DNA from: Octopus vulgaris
Lineage: Eukaryota
Assembly: GCA_951406725.2 (NCBI GenBank)
Contig: OX597822.1
Location: 1-64,000, forward strand
DNA: 64,000 nt
Direction of reading: 5' to 3'
In this document: positions 1 to 13,479 of the stretch, piece after piece
How positions within the stretch are numbered: position 1 is the first letter of the stretch
Layout of the letters: each line of letters opens with the position of its first letter
Notes under the pieces: generated by a model
The model's database searches: none
The model's input: the letters and a program-made list of their open reading frames with translations, nothing else
What the model was told of the DNA's origin: nothing
Made by a program: the position numbers and the translations under genes

Positions 1-179
1 GTGAGAGAGGTGGCTTCATCCTAACCTGTAGTATGATAGAGAGACAGGCAGAGGTGTGTTGCTGTAGAGAAAGTACATGGCTACCCTGCATATATGTATG
101 TATATATGTAGACATCGATTAGAGCGCTTTCTCATTGCTAATATGTTAACATATGCCTGACGTGTGCTTTAAAAATAAA

Positions 180-2940
180 GTGCTTGCACTGGCACTAATT
201 TCTTCAGATGATGAAAATCACGGAGAGGATCATAGCCCAACTTATTAGGAAAAGACTTAATCTAGATGAGATGCAATTTGGTTTTGTATCAGGAAGAAAC
301 ACCAGTCATGATATATTTCTGGTAAGAAACCCCAGGAGAAGTACCTAACCAAGTATAAACCTATGTACTTGACTTTTGTTGGTATCATAATCATTCAGGT
401 AATAACAGATAAATATAAAACAGGCAGACCCTAGCAACTCCTCTATGCTGATTACAGGATTACAACTAAACACACATATATTACAATTTATTACATTACA
501 TTCAATTCGCCATATATTATTCATTTTATTATCCATCATCTTTCCCTTCACATTTCAGGTATACTGAAGACCCTTTACTCATTGCTTCAGACTGCGTAAA
601 ATATTGGTGAAAGCAAACAGTTGTCAGACTTATTTATGACAAAAAGCGAGTCAGTATGACCAACGTACCCTGTCCTGCACCTGATTGTGCCATGAGTTGG
701 CCTGTAAACAATCCATGGGAGAGAGTACTGACAAGCCTCATCGATCATCTGCAACAATGACACAGAATGTATGCACCTGCCACCTACAACAAATACAACC
801 CCCTCCTCCAACTACACTACCATTCCCAGCCACTGAGGAAAAACGTTGTCGCCTGAGGAAGTAGCTGCTACAATACTACAGCTCCAGCACATTCAACGTC
901 TGCAACCATCGGCAATTCTCCAAGATGTCTGACCAACCGATCCGCTTAATGCTAAACCAGTCGCCCACCATACGCCCATACCAGTCCTGGTTCATTGGCA
1001 AGAGGAAGTAAAAGTAGGTCTCGACCGGAATGTTCCACTTGGAGTTATCTAGCCTATTCCCATTGGTACATCTGTCAATTGGTGACAGACAATGGTGGTA
1101 TGTCCTAACAGGTCTGGAAAACCATCTTAAAGGAGCATCGAATGGCGCACAGGCACTTAACACTGCCCTATCAGCTATGAGCTGACATTGTACCTTCTTC
1201 CACAATTGGGGAGAATCACCGCCATTGCATTTCCCCATGACAACTGCCGCGCCAAAGTCGGTATTGAAACAATAAAGGGCCTCGTTACAGACAACACTGA
1301 CACCAATGGCTTCCTTAACACTGACAGTTTCCAGTGCACAATGCTACAATAAAGAAATACACCTGACCGGGACACACACTTGTCCCCAGCCATGTGCATC
1401 TTTGGCAGCCCTATACAATACTTTATTCCCATCCATCCCGGCAAGTACAAGCTACATTCCACATGGCATGAAACTATGACTTATTGAAAAGAAGACCTGC
1501 GTAAACACAACATGAGTGCTACTGAACGGTTGTCAAAACACACATGCTCACTTCTTTCGAACTATGTCCTAATCCAGAGCCAAGTTTGACCCAATCCTAC
1601 AAATGGGGGGAAAACTGGTGCCATTTAGATGTACGTCATTTCGATCTGTACATGTTGAGAGTGGATGGATCAGGCTGAGTCACACTGTGCAACAAAATTC
1701 CTCTGGAAGTATCTACTGCTTCTTCCCCATGGCCCACTGCTCATGGTGTCTGGACCACATGCGTTCCCTACGCCAACACCAGTGATGAGACTACCTTCTC
1801 AACCGACTTTAACAGCACCTCATGCAGCTGCAACACCAATGCCCACTTCCCAACTCCAAAATTACCATGACCAGAAATGCATCTCACCGCCTACCCACAG
1901 AGCCACGCCAACTTACCCCACCTTTACCACAAGTGGTCATACCCCAACACCCCTTGAAACCCCTGCTTTCCCAAAGTGACCCTTGCCTGATGCAGTTTAT
2001 CCTCCATCCAGCAATTGTCCTGTTTGTCGCTCTGCCAGACTCGCAAAGACTGACACAAAAGCCTGATGCACAACTGACACGTTGCTCCTTGATCGTCACA
2101 CCGTCAATATTGATTAAGGGTCTCTTGCACTAATTATTATTTTCGTTAATCATTTAATACATATTATTAGTCTTCTTTGCTTCTCTCAAAGGAATTGGGG
2201 AATGCATAGAGGATGACAACTGAACACTCATATATTATCATTTATTACATTACATTCAATTAGCCATACATTATTAGTTTCATAATCCAAATATTTTCCT
2301 TCACGTTTCAGGTATACCGAGGACCTTTTTTTTTCATTGCTTCAATCATTGTACATAAAGTGTTTGTGAAAGCAAAGAGTTTTCACACTTATTTACTAAT
2401 GAGCTTCTTCTTATAGCTAAATCACTACCAGAACTAGAGAACAAATTGTGCGTACGGAAGCAAGGTCTAGAATTGAAAGGTCACAGAATTAACCTACCCA
2501 ACCCTAACACAAAGTCTTAGTAAGTAGGAAAACAGATAAATCGTAAAGCCCTTCAGGTACATGGCCATCCTCAATATGAAGGAAACAGGTAGGTAGATGT
2601 ACTCTGTATAACACATAATAGGTGTAGCAATATCAGAGGAAGGTAAACTGGGAAAATATTTTTTGCATGTGGAAAGTGCACATGTACAGTAAACACTAAA
2701 AGTGTACAGAAAATGGGCTTCATCAAATACCAGATGAGTACGATAAAGATTGTTGAGCAACAAAGTCAGTAGCAGAGGTGGATGAACCAAGAGTGTGGCT
2801 GCAAGAATAAAAATAGGCTGAGCAAATTCAGAGAGCTCCTTCCTCTGTTTGGTAACTAAGGGTCTCTCCTTCAGAGTGAAAGCCAGATTTATTATACCTG
2901 TGCAGACAACTATGCTACATGGCAGAAGAAGTAGACATAA
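180..2940 (+). mobile_element. Degenerate RTE-clade LINE fragment (RT region), split by a nested LTR-element remnant
   Basis: About 255-375 reads as broken 'LDEMQFGFVSGRNTSHDIFLVR..QEKYLTKYKPMYLTF'. From 2405 it resumes with 'LIAKSLPELENK..KQGLELKGHRINL' and resembles the RTE copy at 17428-18752. Confidence 0.65.
378..2400 (+). mobile_element. Degenerate LTR retrotransposon (Gypsy-like) remnant with diverged direct terminal repeats at about 452-640 and 2210-2400
   Basis: Both ends carry 'ggat-acaact-aacac-catatatta..tttattacattacattcaatt-gccata...tttcaggtatac-ga-gacc...cattgcttca...gtgaaagcaaa-agtt-tca-acttattta'. The interior has broken pol-like text (e.g. 'HPGKYKLHSTWHETM'). Confidence 0.55.
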
Positions 2941-3983
2941 GAAGGCATTGGACAAGGTGGTAATGCATGATCTTTGACTGTTGGAACTTATAAAGGCAAT
3001 GACTAATGACTGACACCTTTCATGACATGCCGTGCCTTAGAAGACAATATATTGTAATTAATTTCCCATCAATTAATTGTTTTCACAACCCCTGCCCACA
3101 ACACTCATGGAGTGTTTGATGTTAAGAAGGGCATCCAGCCATAGAAACAATGACAAATCAAGACTGGAGTCTGCTGCAGACCCTCAGCTTACCAGCCCTG
3201 ATGAAACTGTCCAACCCAAGCCAGCATAGATAATGGACATTAAATGATGATGATGATGAGGACAATTCTTTTTGTAAAACTTTTGCATTTTATGCTGAAC
3301 ATCTAGTTTAAAGTTAATTTTATACATTGAATTTTCATTTCCAGTGAAATCAATTTTAATATTTCAAATTCAAAAATATTTAACAAAATATAATGAGAAA
3401 CTGAAGCAAGTACTACTTCTATATTTGTAAAAACAAAAAGAAAGAAATAGAGGAAAATTAGCAAAATTGTGCAAAAGTGAACTAAGAAACAGAATACTGT
3501 GTAAGGCAAGAGACAACTGTATTTTATGAAAGTACCATATTGCATAAACACAAAAAAAAGAAACTATTGCAGAGGGAATTAAACTGAAACAGATATCAAC
3601 ATGACACACACAACCCATGCTAGTATGGATAAAATGATAATATATTTCTGTCAATGACAATCTTATGCAACCAACAATAACCTCAAACTTATCAGATTAT
3701 TGTAGATGAGCAACAACTCAAGAAAACCTGTCAAATTTCTATGTTCTTACAATGAATTAATTGCAAGTATTTAAGTATGTAGACAACATAATTTCATGTT
3801 TTATATGCATCAATACATGTGTAAAAATAAGTCTCATATCTACGTTCATTTTTCCATCCTAGCATGAGTTTGAAAAATATAAGATTTAATAGTTGGGTAA
3901 CATTGTCGTAGCTAATGCTAATTTTCTACTAAAGGTTTTCTTTTTTCTTTCAAAGTGCAGTTCTAACAAATGATACATTTGTA

Positions 3984-5194
3984 CACAAACATGACAAAAG
4001 TAAATAGATACCCATTAACACATTGTTTTATGGTTATTATAACTTGAAGAGGTTTATATTTTTTTTATTAATTGACATTTATATGTTTCAGGTTCTATAT
4101 GTAACTGTTTAATCATGCCATGTACAAAAGAAGCCTTAAAAATGTCCAATTTACAAAGAGGCCATATGCTGCGCCTATTTCAAGGCTGACTTAGCCTAAA
4201 ACCACAGAAAACATTGTGATTCTACTTTCTACAGTAAATAGAGTAATTTTTCAATTCACTAAACGGGAAAGTAGTCCATATCACCTTACCCAGGTAGACT
4301 AAGGCCCTCTGACAGAACACTTTGCTTTCTTAAGAGAAGTGTGTAAGATAATCCTCATTGCAAGGCCTCCAATATAGCAGAATAAGTTGATGTCATTCCC
4401 AGAATAGCTGTCAGTTATCTCCGCAAAATTGGCTATTATGGCAGAGCAGCAAGAAAGAAGACACTGCTTCGACCAGCCAATATCAAATGGAGAAAAGATT
4501 GGACAAGTGAGATGGTAGAGAGGTCATTAGCACTTTGGGATACTGTCAAATCCTCTGATGAATCCAGATTTGCTGTATTTTCTGACACTGGTCGAATGTG
4601 GGTCTGGAGAATCAGTCACCAATATTTTCACGTGAATATATTGCAGCCAACAATGAAACATGTGATGGTCTGGAGAGCAGTTTGGAGCAATAGTCAATCA
4701 GAAATGGTGGAGTGTGAGGGATACATAAACTCAGATAAATATGTGTCCATATTATAGAAAAATCTTTTTCCTATAACCTCCAGGGGTAAAATGATTAAAT
4801 AACACTATTTATGGAAGATAGGGCTTTCTTGCACAACTAAAAGACCCAGGATTGGTTGGAAGAGAATGGCATTAAAAAGCTTCCATAGCTAAGCCAATCA
4901 CCAGATATGAACCCTACTGAACACCTCTGAGTCATGATGGATGGGATACTTCCTAAAAAGAAAAAGAAAGCATCCTTAAAGCCAGATCTTTTGATATTAC
5001 TGCAAGAAACTTGGCAAGAAAATCATGAAGAGAATATTCATCAGATCAGTAGCATGCCTGCTAGGGTCCTTGCATTCAAAAATGCAAGGAGCCTGTCTAC
5101 TAAATATTAGATATTCACATTATAATAATTAATAAATAATTTAAATAAATTTTAACAATTATAAGGATGTCTATTTAATTCTGTCATGTCTATG
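3984..5194 (+). mobile_element. Tc1/mariner DNA transposon fossil (transposase pseudogene)
   Basis: Imperfect TIRs 'cacaaacatgacaaaagtaaatagata' and 'tgtctatttaattctgtcatgtctatg', each flanked by TA. The interrupted transposase has 'GYYGRAARKK', 'SDESRF', 'VMVW', 'INSDKYVSIL' and 'SQSPDMNPTEHL'. Confidence 0.85.
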
Positions 5195-5199
5195 TAGTT

Positions 5200-5950
5200 T
5201 TTGAAGCAAAACACAATGGAAACATTAATATTAAGACCTTTTCAAAAATCTCTCTCAAGCTTTTCATGCACACTAAGATTTTATTGACATTCATTCAAAT
5301 TCACTCATTCCAACATGAAACAATTTTTTCCATCAAAAACTTAATTTGATCTAGATCCTCTAAGTGTCTCTAATGCATTCATGCCTTAATTTCAATTTGT
5401 TGCCTAGATTTTTCCTCAGGGCCAACTCACCAAACAGAAATTAATGAGAGACCTAATTGCCTTTCATCTTGATCACATAAATACTCCCACATATTTGGTG
5501 CTCAAATACAGCATGCTCCACACTAGGAGATTGACAGTTACCCAGTATATGCAAAAATCGAACACATTTGCAGTACTAAACAAGCCATTACTATTGCATT
5601 TTCTGGCTTCATGTTTCCCAATTATATCCAAAATTTTTTTATCCCTGCAAATGCTTTCATTGAAATCACCAAATATGAAGATTTTATAAGCAGAAAGAAC
5701 ACTGCATAGAAGCTTTTTTCATGAAAGATAAAATATTAGTCTTTTTTTCTCTTCAGAGGAACACATGGTTGGAGGGTAGACACTTACTAAGGTAACAAAT
5801 CTCTTGTTTGACAATGGCAATCTCACTGACATCAAGGTAATCAGTAAATCCAGAGAGTTCATAATCTTAGATGCCAATATTTCACAAACATTCAATGGTC
5901 TGTACTCTCTTGCAGTAGCAAGATGACACATAGGCCCAGGCTGCAATACT
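5200..5950 (-). mobile_element. Old RTE-clade LINE endonuclease fragment
   Basis: ORF 5719-5946 contains 'LMSVRLPLSNKRFVTLVSVYPPTMCSSEEKK..FY', typical of RTE/BovB APE domains. Confidence 0.55.
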
Positions 5951-7429
5951 GTGGGACACCTTCACTATCCATTCCACATCCCTTCTTGACATTACTCTAA
6001 ATTATTTTGATTTTTCAATGAGTATTTTGCACTTTTTGTCAACAGTTACCTATAACATGCATCACATAATTGATATGGTGTATACACACACATGCAATAA
6101 GCATCATATAGTTCCCATCAACCACTTTTACTAAAAATGCATTTGTTGGTCCCTACCTATAGTCGAAGACTCTTGCCCAAAATGACACACAGTAGAACTA
6201 GACCCTAAACCATGGTATTGGGAAACAAACATATTTTACATTTGCAAACATATATGTCTTATGGAAATTGTTCAATATACACAGAGAAACAGTTGTTCAA
6301 TTTACAAACAGCTATGGTTAACTAACAGAAAACTTAATTTAACAAAAAAATTATGTACTTACATATAGTTGAAGCTTCGCATGGGCTACTTGCTTGGTAA
6401 AATCTACATGTATAAAGAAAAGTCTACATGTATAAACTGTTGTGGTGAGAGTCATTGGCACCCCTATGGGATTGGAAGAATGGACTAGCAAAACTCTTAT
6501 AAAAAAATTAGCATATTGGTTGAGACAAAGAGAGTCATTGGGAGTTCATGGAAGTTGTTGACATTGTTCAGAGTTTCTATTTATTAGAAGTATTGTGTTT
6601 AGTAGAGTAATCTGAAGTGGGTTGTGTGAAGACAGTTGTGTCTATCCCCGCTTCGTGAAATTTGCATATCCAACATATCGAAGGATATAAAATAAACAAA
6701 AGTCCGCATGTAAACCAATAAGTGTAATCGTTCATTTTTTAACCCTGAAAGTAAAAATGAAAAACATCCTAATAGTAGCGAAAGGAAAATTTTGGCTTTA
6801 ATATCGGTTCAATACTCTTTATTTGAAGTGACAAGTAGCAATTCTTTCTGTAAACCATTTATATTACAGGCAAACATTATACAAATGGAAACTTTTACAT
6901 GTCTCAGGAAAGATATAAATGCAAGCAATGTGAGACCAACTTTCATTAAAACTACACAAGAAATTCATAAAAATTCATTCACAGATTTTATTCTATTAAA
7001 CTTAAGATGGTGGAGAGGCACAATTGTTAGTGTTGGCAAAATACCTTCCAATATTTCTACCAGCTCTTTATGTTCTAGTTTCAAATCCTGTTGAGGCTAA
7101 CTTTGTTTCTCTTCCTTTCATGGTTGATAAAAAAAGTGCAAGTCAAGTAATAAGATCAATTTAATCAATTAACCACTTCCTCTAAAATTTGAGGCATTCC
7201 CCTGTTTTACAAACATAACGAATTAATCAAATGACTTGGGAAAAATAAATCTGCATGTTAGGAAACAGGATAGCTTTCCTGTCATTCAAATATTCGTGAA
7301 ATTTACAATATATCATAATTTCAGCAATTCACATAGTCATATTGTAAGAGAGTTCATCATCATTTCACTAAAGATGCATACACTAATATAGAAACTGATA
7401 TTAATTAAGAAATCTTAACCATAAACAAT

Positions 7430-7585
7430 GCTAGTCTGTTTACGTCCCCGTAACTTAGAGGTTCAGCGAAAAATACTGTTAGAATAAGTACTAGGCCTAC
7501 AAAGAATAAGTCCTGGGGTCGATATGCTCGACTGAAGGTGGTGCTTCAGCATGGCCACAGTTAAATGAGAGTAAACGAGTAAATA
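7430..7585 (+). mobile_element. 3' portion of the tRNA-derived SINE family
   Basis: 'gtttacgtccccgtaacttag...agaataagtactagg...ctggggtcgat...ggtgcttcagcatggccacagt' matches the full SINE at 58979-59375. Confidence 0.75.
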
Positions 7586-7904
7586 GCGACAAAAGTCTGT
7601 AACCTGTTCACTGGGGAGATAGCAGAAAATATCTCCTAAACCTCATAAAATACGTTTCATGTTGTAATTTCTGTTGTAATTTTTGTTTTAGATAGGATAT
7701 ATGCGTGTGTGGGTATATACACGTATATCTGTATATGTGTATATATATGTGTGTGTGTAAAGAGAGGGAAGAAGGGAATATCCTTTCAGTTTCCATCTAT
7801 CAACGTTTTTATATACTTAAGAAATATCACTCGGGCTAATTTTCTCCATGTCAAAGTAAATAAATCGAAAAGTAATTAACTTACCTTCGTATATTGATTG
7901 AAGA

Positions 7905-8010
7905 AATCAACCTTCTCCTCCGTTAATTAACCTTCTTTTCCATTAATTAACCTTCTCCTCCGTTAATCAACCTTCTTTTCCATTAATCAACCTTTTTCTC
8001 CGTTAATTAA
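7905..8010. repeat. 20-bp minisatellite, about 5 units with alternating variants
   Basis: aat(c/t)aaccttct(cc/tt)tcc(g/a)tt repeated head to tail. Confidence 0.85.
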
Positions 8011-8654
8011 ATTTTAAAACGAAAAACTTTTTCCATTGAATTTTTCCCTCGTCTTTCATTTAAACATGGCGCTTCGATTAATTATTGATTGCAATTTCCT
8101 ATGTCACATTACTTTCGCATTCGTATCAAACGAAATAACTGAATTAAGGTTTATTAATAGGGAATAAAATCATCAAAAATATTTAAAACTGTTTTTTAAT
8201 AAACTTTATTGAAACTTGAATTATATTCGCTGTGTAATCCGCTAATCATTGCTGTTTTTGTAGACGCGCTTTCGGAAATTCCCGATATAAATATTCCATT
8301 ATCGTACCCTATACGAGAGCGCATTTTTTTTTATGTATTATTCTCTATTGTAGAAATACACTATTGATTTTATAATTTTTCTTGGTGCCCGGGTCAGCTC
8401 CTCAGACGCTTTCGGAACTTATGTGTGTCTGTGTGTGTCCCCCACCATCACCTGACAACTAGTGTTGGTGTGTTTATATCCCCGTAGCTTAATAGTTTGG
8501 CAAAAAGTGCCTTAAAAAGAAAATAAGTCCTGGCGTTGATTAGTTTGACAAAAATTCCTCAAGGTGCTGTTCCAGCAAGGCTACAGTCTAATGGAGTGAA
8601 ACAAGTAAGATAAAAGTTATATTATAGCTATGTAGGTTATATATTATGTGTAGG

Positions 8655-9365
8655 GCATACCTACAAAACTGTGCTCACCACCAACTTTCTTTCCTCATAG
8701 CTTCCAATAAAATCGATATTTGTCATTGAAATTTTCAACAAATATGCTTCAGGCTGTTTGATTGGATTGGATTTTGTTATAAAAACTATTTTTTCCAAGG
8801 GTGAGAAGTTTTGGAAAATTCACATGAGTCAGCTTTTCTTCCTCATAACTTACAGAAAAATGGGTGTTTTTAATGAAAATTTATACAAATACATTTCAGA
8901 TGGTGTAGATTGTGCTTAGATCAAATTTTAATGTGAAAAATAAAATTGCTGGGCAAGTACACATACATACTAATATACATCACAATATTTGTTAGAAATT
9001 TCAAGTTTCATTTTGTAGATGTGTAATGTGTGTCAATATGATTGCATGCGAGTCCACCTTTTTCATTTTAAATTCTTATATATTAGTAAATTGTAATCTA
9101 CACTATGTGGAAGGAAATTTATAGAAAATTTCATTCAACAATACTCATTTTTCTGAAAGTTATGAGGAATATTGTGTTGTGTGAATTTTCCGAAACTCCT
9201 CTCCTCACCTTCAGAAATAATTTTTTTCACATCAAATTCTGATATAATGATAATCTAAAGCATCTGAAGTGTATTTGCTGAAAATGTGGTTAAAAGAATA
9301 TCCATTGTTCTATAAGTTATCAGGAGACAAAGTTGTGGGAGGGGACACAGTTTTGTAGTTTAGGC
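8655..9365. mobile_element. Foldback/MITE-like element with long imperfect terminal inverted repeats
   Basis: Left end 'ctacaaaactgtgctcaccaccaactttctttcctcatagctt...' is the reverse complement of right end '...aagttatcaggagacaaagttgtgggaggggacacagttttgtag'. Similarity extends inward in repeated sub-blocks. Confidence 0.7.
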
Positions 9366-9402
9366 TGATTGTAGCTCGTAACATGAAGTTGTCAGAATTT
9401 TG

Positions 9403-9570
9403 TTAACACTTGATAAATGGTTGTGGAAGTCCTTCTTCATTGTTGACAATCTTTTCACATTCCATAATAAAATCGTATGTGATTCTGTCACTGACAAAAA
9501 GAATCATTCTTGTACTCTTCATGATTTCTAACAAATTGCCTTGTCCATTGGGCCATTGTCATTATCTTTC
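9403..9570 (-). CDS. GCLC: GCLC terminal coding exon, with an apparent +1 frameshift in a homopolymer at 9496-9500
   Basis: Encodes (G)KIMTMAQWTRQFVRNHEEYKNDSF, then after removing one T continues VSDRITYDFIMECEKIVNNEEGLPQPFIKC* (cf. GELMTVARWMREFIANHPDYKQDSVITDEMNYSLI). Confidence 0.88.
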
Positions 9571-9951
9571 CTATAAAATAAATGAAAATAAAAATTGGCT
9601 TATTTTTGGCTGTATTTTGTAACAATATCCTATCCCCATGATCTATGGTACAAATAGAAAAACACTTATCTGTTTCTTTTCTTCATTAATGTTAGCTGTG
9701 ATAATTGTTTTGAAAATCTTGTTTAAACCAAACTATGGTAGAATGATTTAACCGCAGGACATAATTTGGAAGGAATACTATTCACGCATGGTCTTTCATA
9801 TAAGTGTTTAGAGTGTGATGATTTATTAATAATAGGGGTTACAGGGATAAAATACAGATTCACATTGTATTTTATAATTGAAAAAGAAACTAACAGATAA
9901 ATGTTGTATATTTAAAATAACATTACTCTTGAGGAAAACGAATAATCTCAC

Positions 9952-10069
9952 CTGCAGCTTTGTCTGAGATGTATTTCAGATATTGCATTATTTTAGGTCT
10001 TTTGCTGAAATTGTAGTCAATATAATCAAGATATTTGTGTATGAGAGGAATTAAACCAGGGAAATCATC
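9952..10069 (-). CDS. GCLC: GCLC coding exon
   Basis: Flanked by AG/GT, 118 nt, encodes DDFPGLIPLIHKYLDYIDYNFSKRPKIMQYLKYISDKAA (cf. FPGLIPILNSYL...ILNYLKLIKKRAS). Confidence 0.92.
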
Positions 10070-10590
10070 CTGTTGATAATAGAATCAAAATAATTGAAAA
10101 TAGTTTGAGTTTTCTATCCCATAGATTAGAAATTGATTGAGATGTTGACCAAATAGTTATTGATATTTTAGTGGTAAAAGAATGGAGAAAGATATGAAAA
10201 GAATTTCAATATCCTTCTTATAATAAAAATCATATATATGTATGCTCATATGACGTGACACTATTCATACACAAAAGTATGAACAAACACCAGTGAAACA
10301 TACACAAACTAAACATCAGTAGTCAATGTATATAGAGGCAGCATAATTCAATACTCTGTATAAATACACACACACATAAACTGAATTAGCAGATATGTAC
10401 TATTTTAATGCACAAACAGGTTAAATGATTTTAAGTTTGACTTTGTTCAGTATCTATGCAGGAGTAATTAGAACCACAATTTTGTTTTTTAAATATTGTT
10501 CCAGATAATTTTTGTTTCTGAATAACGTTATTTATGTTTGTATTCTAAATTAATAAAAATTGTTTTCAATTTATTAAAAATATTTTTTAC

Positions 10591-10655
10591 CTTTCCATTC
10601 ATGATTTCATTTAAAGTCATCAAACTGTAAATATCCTGAGTTAGTTCAGAAGATT
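10591..10655 (-). CDS. GCLC: GCLC coding exon
   Basis: Flanked by AG/GT, 65 nt, encodes (E)SSELTQDIYSLMTLNEIMNGK (cf. EYTLMSIDTIINGK). Confidence 0.9.
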
Positions 10656-11108
10656 CTAAGTGACAGGAAATAAAACAATTATAGATTTAGTACAATAAAT
10701 ATATGTGCTATATAGTGTGACAGGCAAACTGCTCACCATGATTATGATGCAAAAACTCATAACTTAGATCATGTATTAATTTCATCTCTACAGATTTTTC
10801 TATAGATGACCTTAACACATAATTTAAGTACACTGCTAACACAGTAGTACATGGTACTGACTTATAAAAACGTTTATTCTTTGTAGCATATTATGGTTGC
10901 ATTACGAAATACTGTGTGCCTACAAGTCATTAATCATAATTTAAAATGTTTAAACAGGGTGTGACAGAGAAGCCTGAAATATTGAACGCAAGGTAAGTTT
11001 GCATTAATTCATATATTTGTTTTCTTGTAATTTGCCTTGCGTTTACGTTGCATTGTTCTGGCCTTAATCACGATCCTTTATACAATAATGATTCATAGTA
11101 ATTATTCC

Positions 11109-11155
<47 letters not shown>

Positions 11156-11929
11156 TAAATTAGAGATAAAACTACTATTAGGCAACTGAAGCAGTGATAG
11201 ACATAAACCAATACATAGATAACAAAAAATATAGATATAATTAATATATAATATATATATAAAATATAAAATTTAGAATTTAATTTTTTTAATTTTTTAA
11301 ATTACAACCACTCCCACACACTCTACCTATACCACCACCCTCAGCCTAAACCACACCCCACTCTTGCTTTCCCCACTCTTGCTTTCCCCACTCTTGCCTT
11401 CCCTACATCCCAACACCATCACACCACACACCACCACATCACATCACAATGCACACACTAGCACTTAAAACTTCCCAGACCCACACCATTATCCACAGAC
11501 CTGCACATACACACACGTACACGTCAGTGCCCCCACCCCTCTTCCAAATGCACATACATGCTCTGTTATACAAATGCACGCACACCTTCGGTTTGGGATC
11601 ACCACTACTTTATTATCTCCATTTCTTACCCCTCTGTCTGGCATTTGCCATGATAGATTACTAGCCACTACATTTTCTCTCCTTGATTCTTTCTGTGTTC
11701 CTTTCTGTGGAAGAGTATAGGCTCAAAACATTAAAGAGTTTTTCACTTTCCGAGCATTAAACTAATACATATATATTTTGTGAATTTTCCCTATATATAC
11801 ACATGCATGGCTTTGTGGTAGGGACGTTTGCATTCCAATCAATATATATTTACTAACCATTCAATATTTAATTAAAGTAAAATTTTATTTATTGTAATTC
11901 TGAAAATTTCCAATAAATATAGCTCTTAC

Positions 11930-12011
11930 CTTTTTGAACATCTTTTCTGAAATGAAATTTCTCTTTATTAATGGCATCTGGCTTTTGTGCTGGTGGGAAG
12001 TTTTCATCAAC
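11930..12011 (-). CDS. GCLC: GCLC coding exon
   Basis: Flanked by AG/GT, 82 nt, encodes VDENFPPAQKPDAINKEKFHFRKDVQK (cf. VDENMKVAQKRDAV..GMFYFRKDI). Phase is compatible with neighbouring exons. Confidence 0.92.
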
Positions 12012-13004
12012 CTTACAGAAGGTGAAATGATATGGTAAATATGTATAAAATGGCATTAATAATTACCTAATGGTGTGTTGAGTTCTTGAGCAAGACATTT
12101 TATTTCATGTTGCTTCAGTGCACTCAACTGGAAAAAGTACATTGTATCTGTATTTCAAATGGCCATTGTTGCCACATTCTGTGTCACACTAGATCTCCCT
12201 GAGAACTACATTAAGGTATTTCCCTGGAATGCTCAGCCACTTGCATGTTAATTTCATGAGTAGGGGGTCTCATTGATCAGATCGACTGGTACACTTGTTA
12301 TAATAGACTGAGTGACAGAAACATCTTGGCCAACTTAATAATTTAATGTAATGATTAACAAAACACATAATGGTTTTGATACACATTTCAAAAATCCTTT
12401 GATGACAGTGCCCCAGCATGGGCACCTATGATTGGCTGGAACTTGTAAGGGAGCAAAAAAATAAGTGTTCCCAACATGAATTTAAATTAATTGACTTTAA
12501 AATTAATTTCATTTATGTTTTGTAATTAAAGATGATGCTTGGAGCTGTCCACCTCTTGGTATTAATTCTGCACCTGTCATTGATATATATATATATATAT
12601 ATTATTGAGGTAGCTGGCTAATCATGACACAAGTGTCTGCTCTGGCATTGTCAGTCTATATATCACTGGTGGGGAGATGAATCACTGCTGTCTCTAGTGT
12701 TTAAGTATCCATCAGTGACAAGACCAAAGTTGAAATCACATGATCTGAGGTCACAGCACTAGATGTAGTGGGGATTTATCTTCCTGCTACCAATATTAAC
12801 AAAAGTGCATTTGGCCCCAAAATGCCAATGAGCGTTTCTCTTATGATAATTACCACAGTATAGTTTGTCGTAAAAGAACATACACATTTTAGGGTGAATA
12901 AAATCCAATGAGTTGATACCTGATGACATAATATCTATCATAGCTCTCATATCTATAGTTAGATCAAAGAGCTCAATGTTTATTTTAGAGAAGTCAATAT
13001 TTAC

Positions 13005-13109
13005 CTTTGTTATTGGGATTAAAAGGTTCAGTTTGAAAGTAACTATAGTACGTGTAAGAAGAAGCATAAATACAACAAAGGCAGCATTTTCAAAATCAGT
13101 CAGCTGAAC
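13005..13109 (-). CDS. GCLC: Glutamate-cysteine ligase catalytic subunit, internal coding exon (most 5' exon seen)
   Basis: Flanked by AG/GT, 105 nt, encodes [35 protein letters not shown]. This matches the conserved GCLC segment (human, from memory: [35 protein letters not shown]). Confidence 0.93.
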
Positions 13110-13479
13110 CTGTAAGTATATTAAAATAATTAGTAATGGCATCGTCATACAATCATCAATTTTTCTAAAGTCCTATGGTTATAGAGACGTGGTTGGAGGC
13201 ATACAGTTACAAATCTGCACATAATGTAGCAGGATTCTTATCTTGACATCACTAACATGTTTTCATGGACAGGAACTGTTTTTGGTGGAGAATCCTGTGT
13301 CTGAGGAGCCCTTTTAAGGAGAACAATGTTCACCTGGATATACTGGGAAAGTGCTAGAAAAGGTGCAATAAAAATTGTCTGTCCTTTCTCTGCCGGGTAG
13401 TTTACTGCAGCTAACAGTGGTTCAATTTAGCAGGAATGAACAATGAATTGGTATAAACAAGGATAACATGTATACAAGC

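Noticed and set aside
560-625. CTGAAGA...GAAA motif as a hammerhead in the left LTR-like repeat
   Set aside because: Stems I and II do not pair convincingly and the core is not kept in the second repeat copy.
12759-13148. 129-aa ORF as a standalone gene
   Set aside because: Only 13005-13109 is coding (a GCLC exon); the rest is intron read-through.
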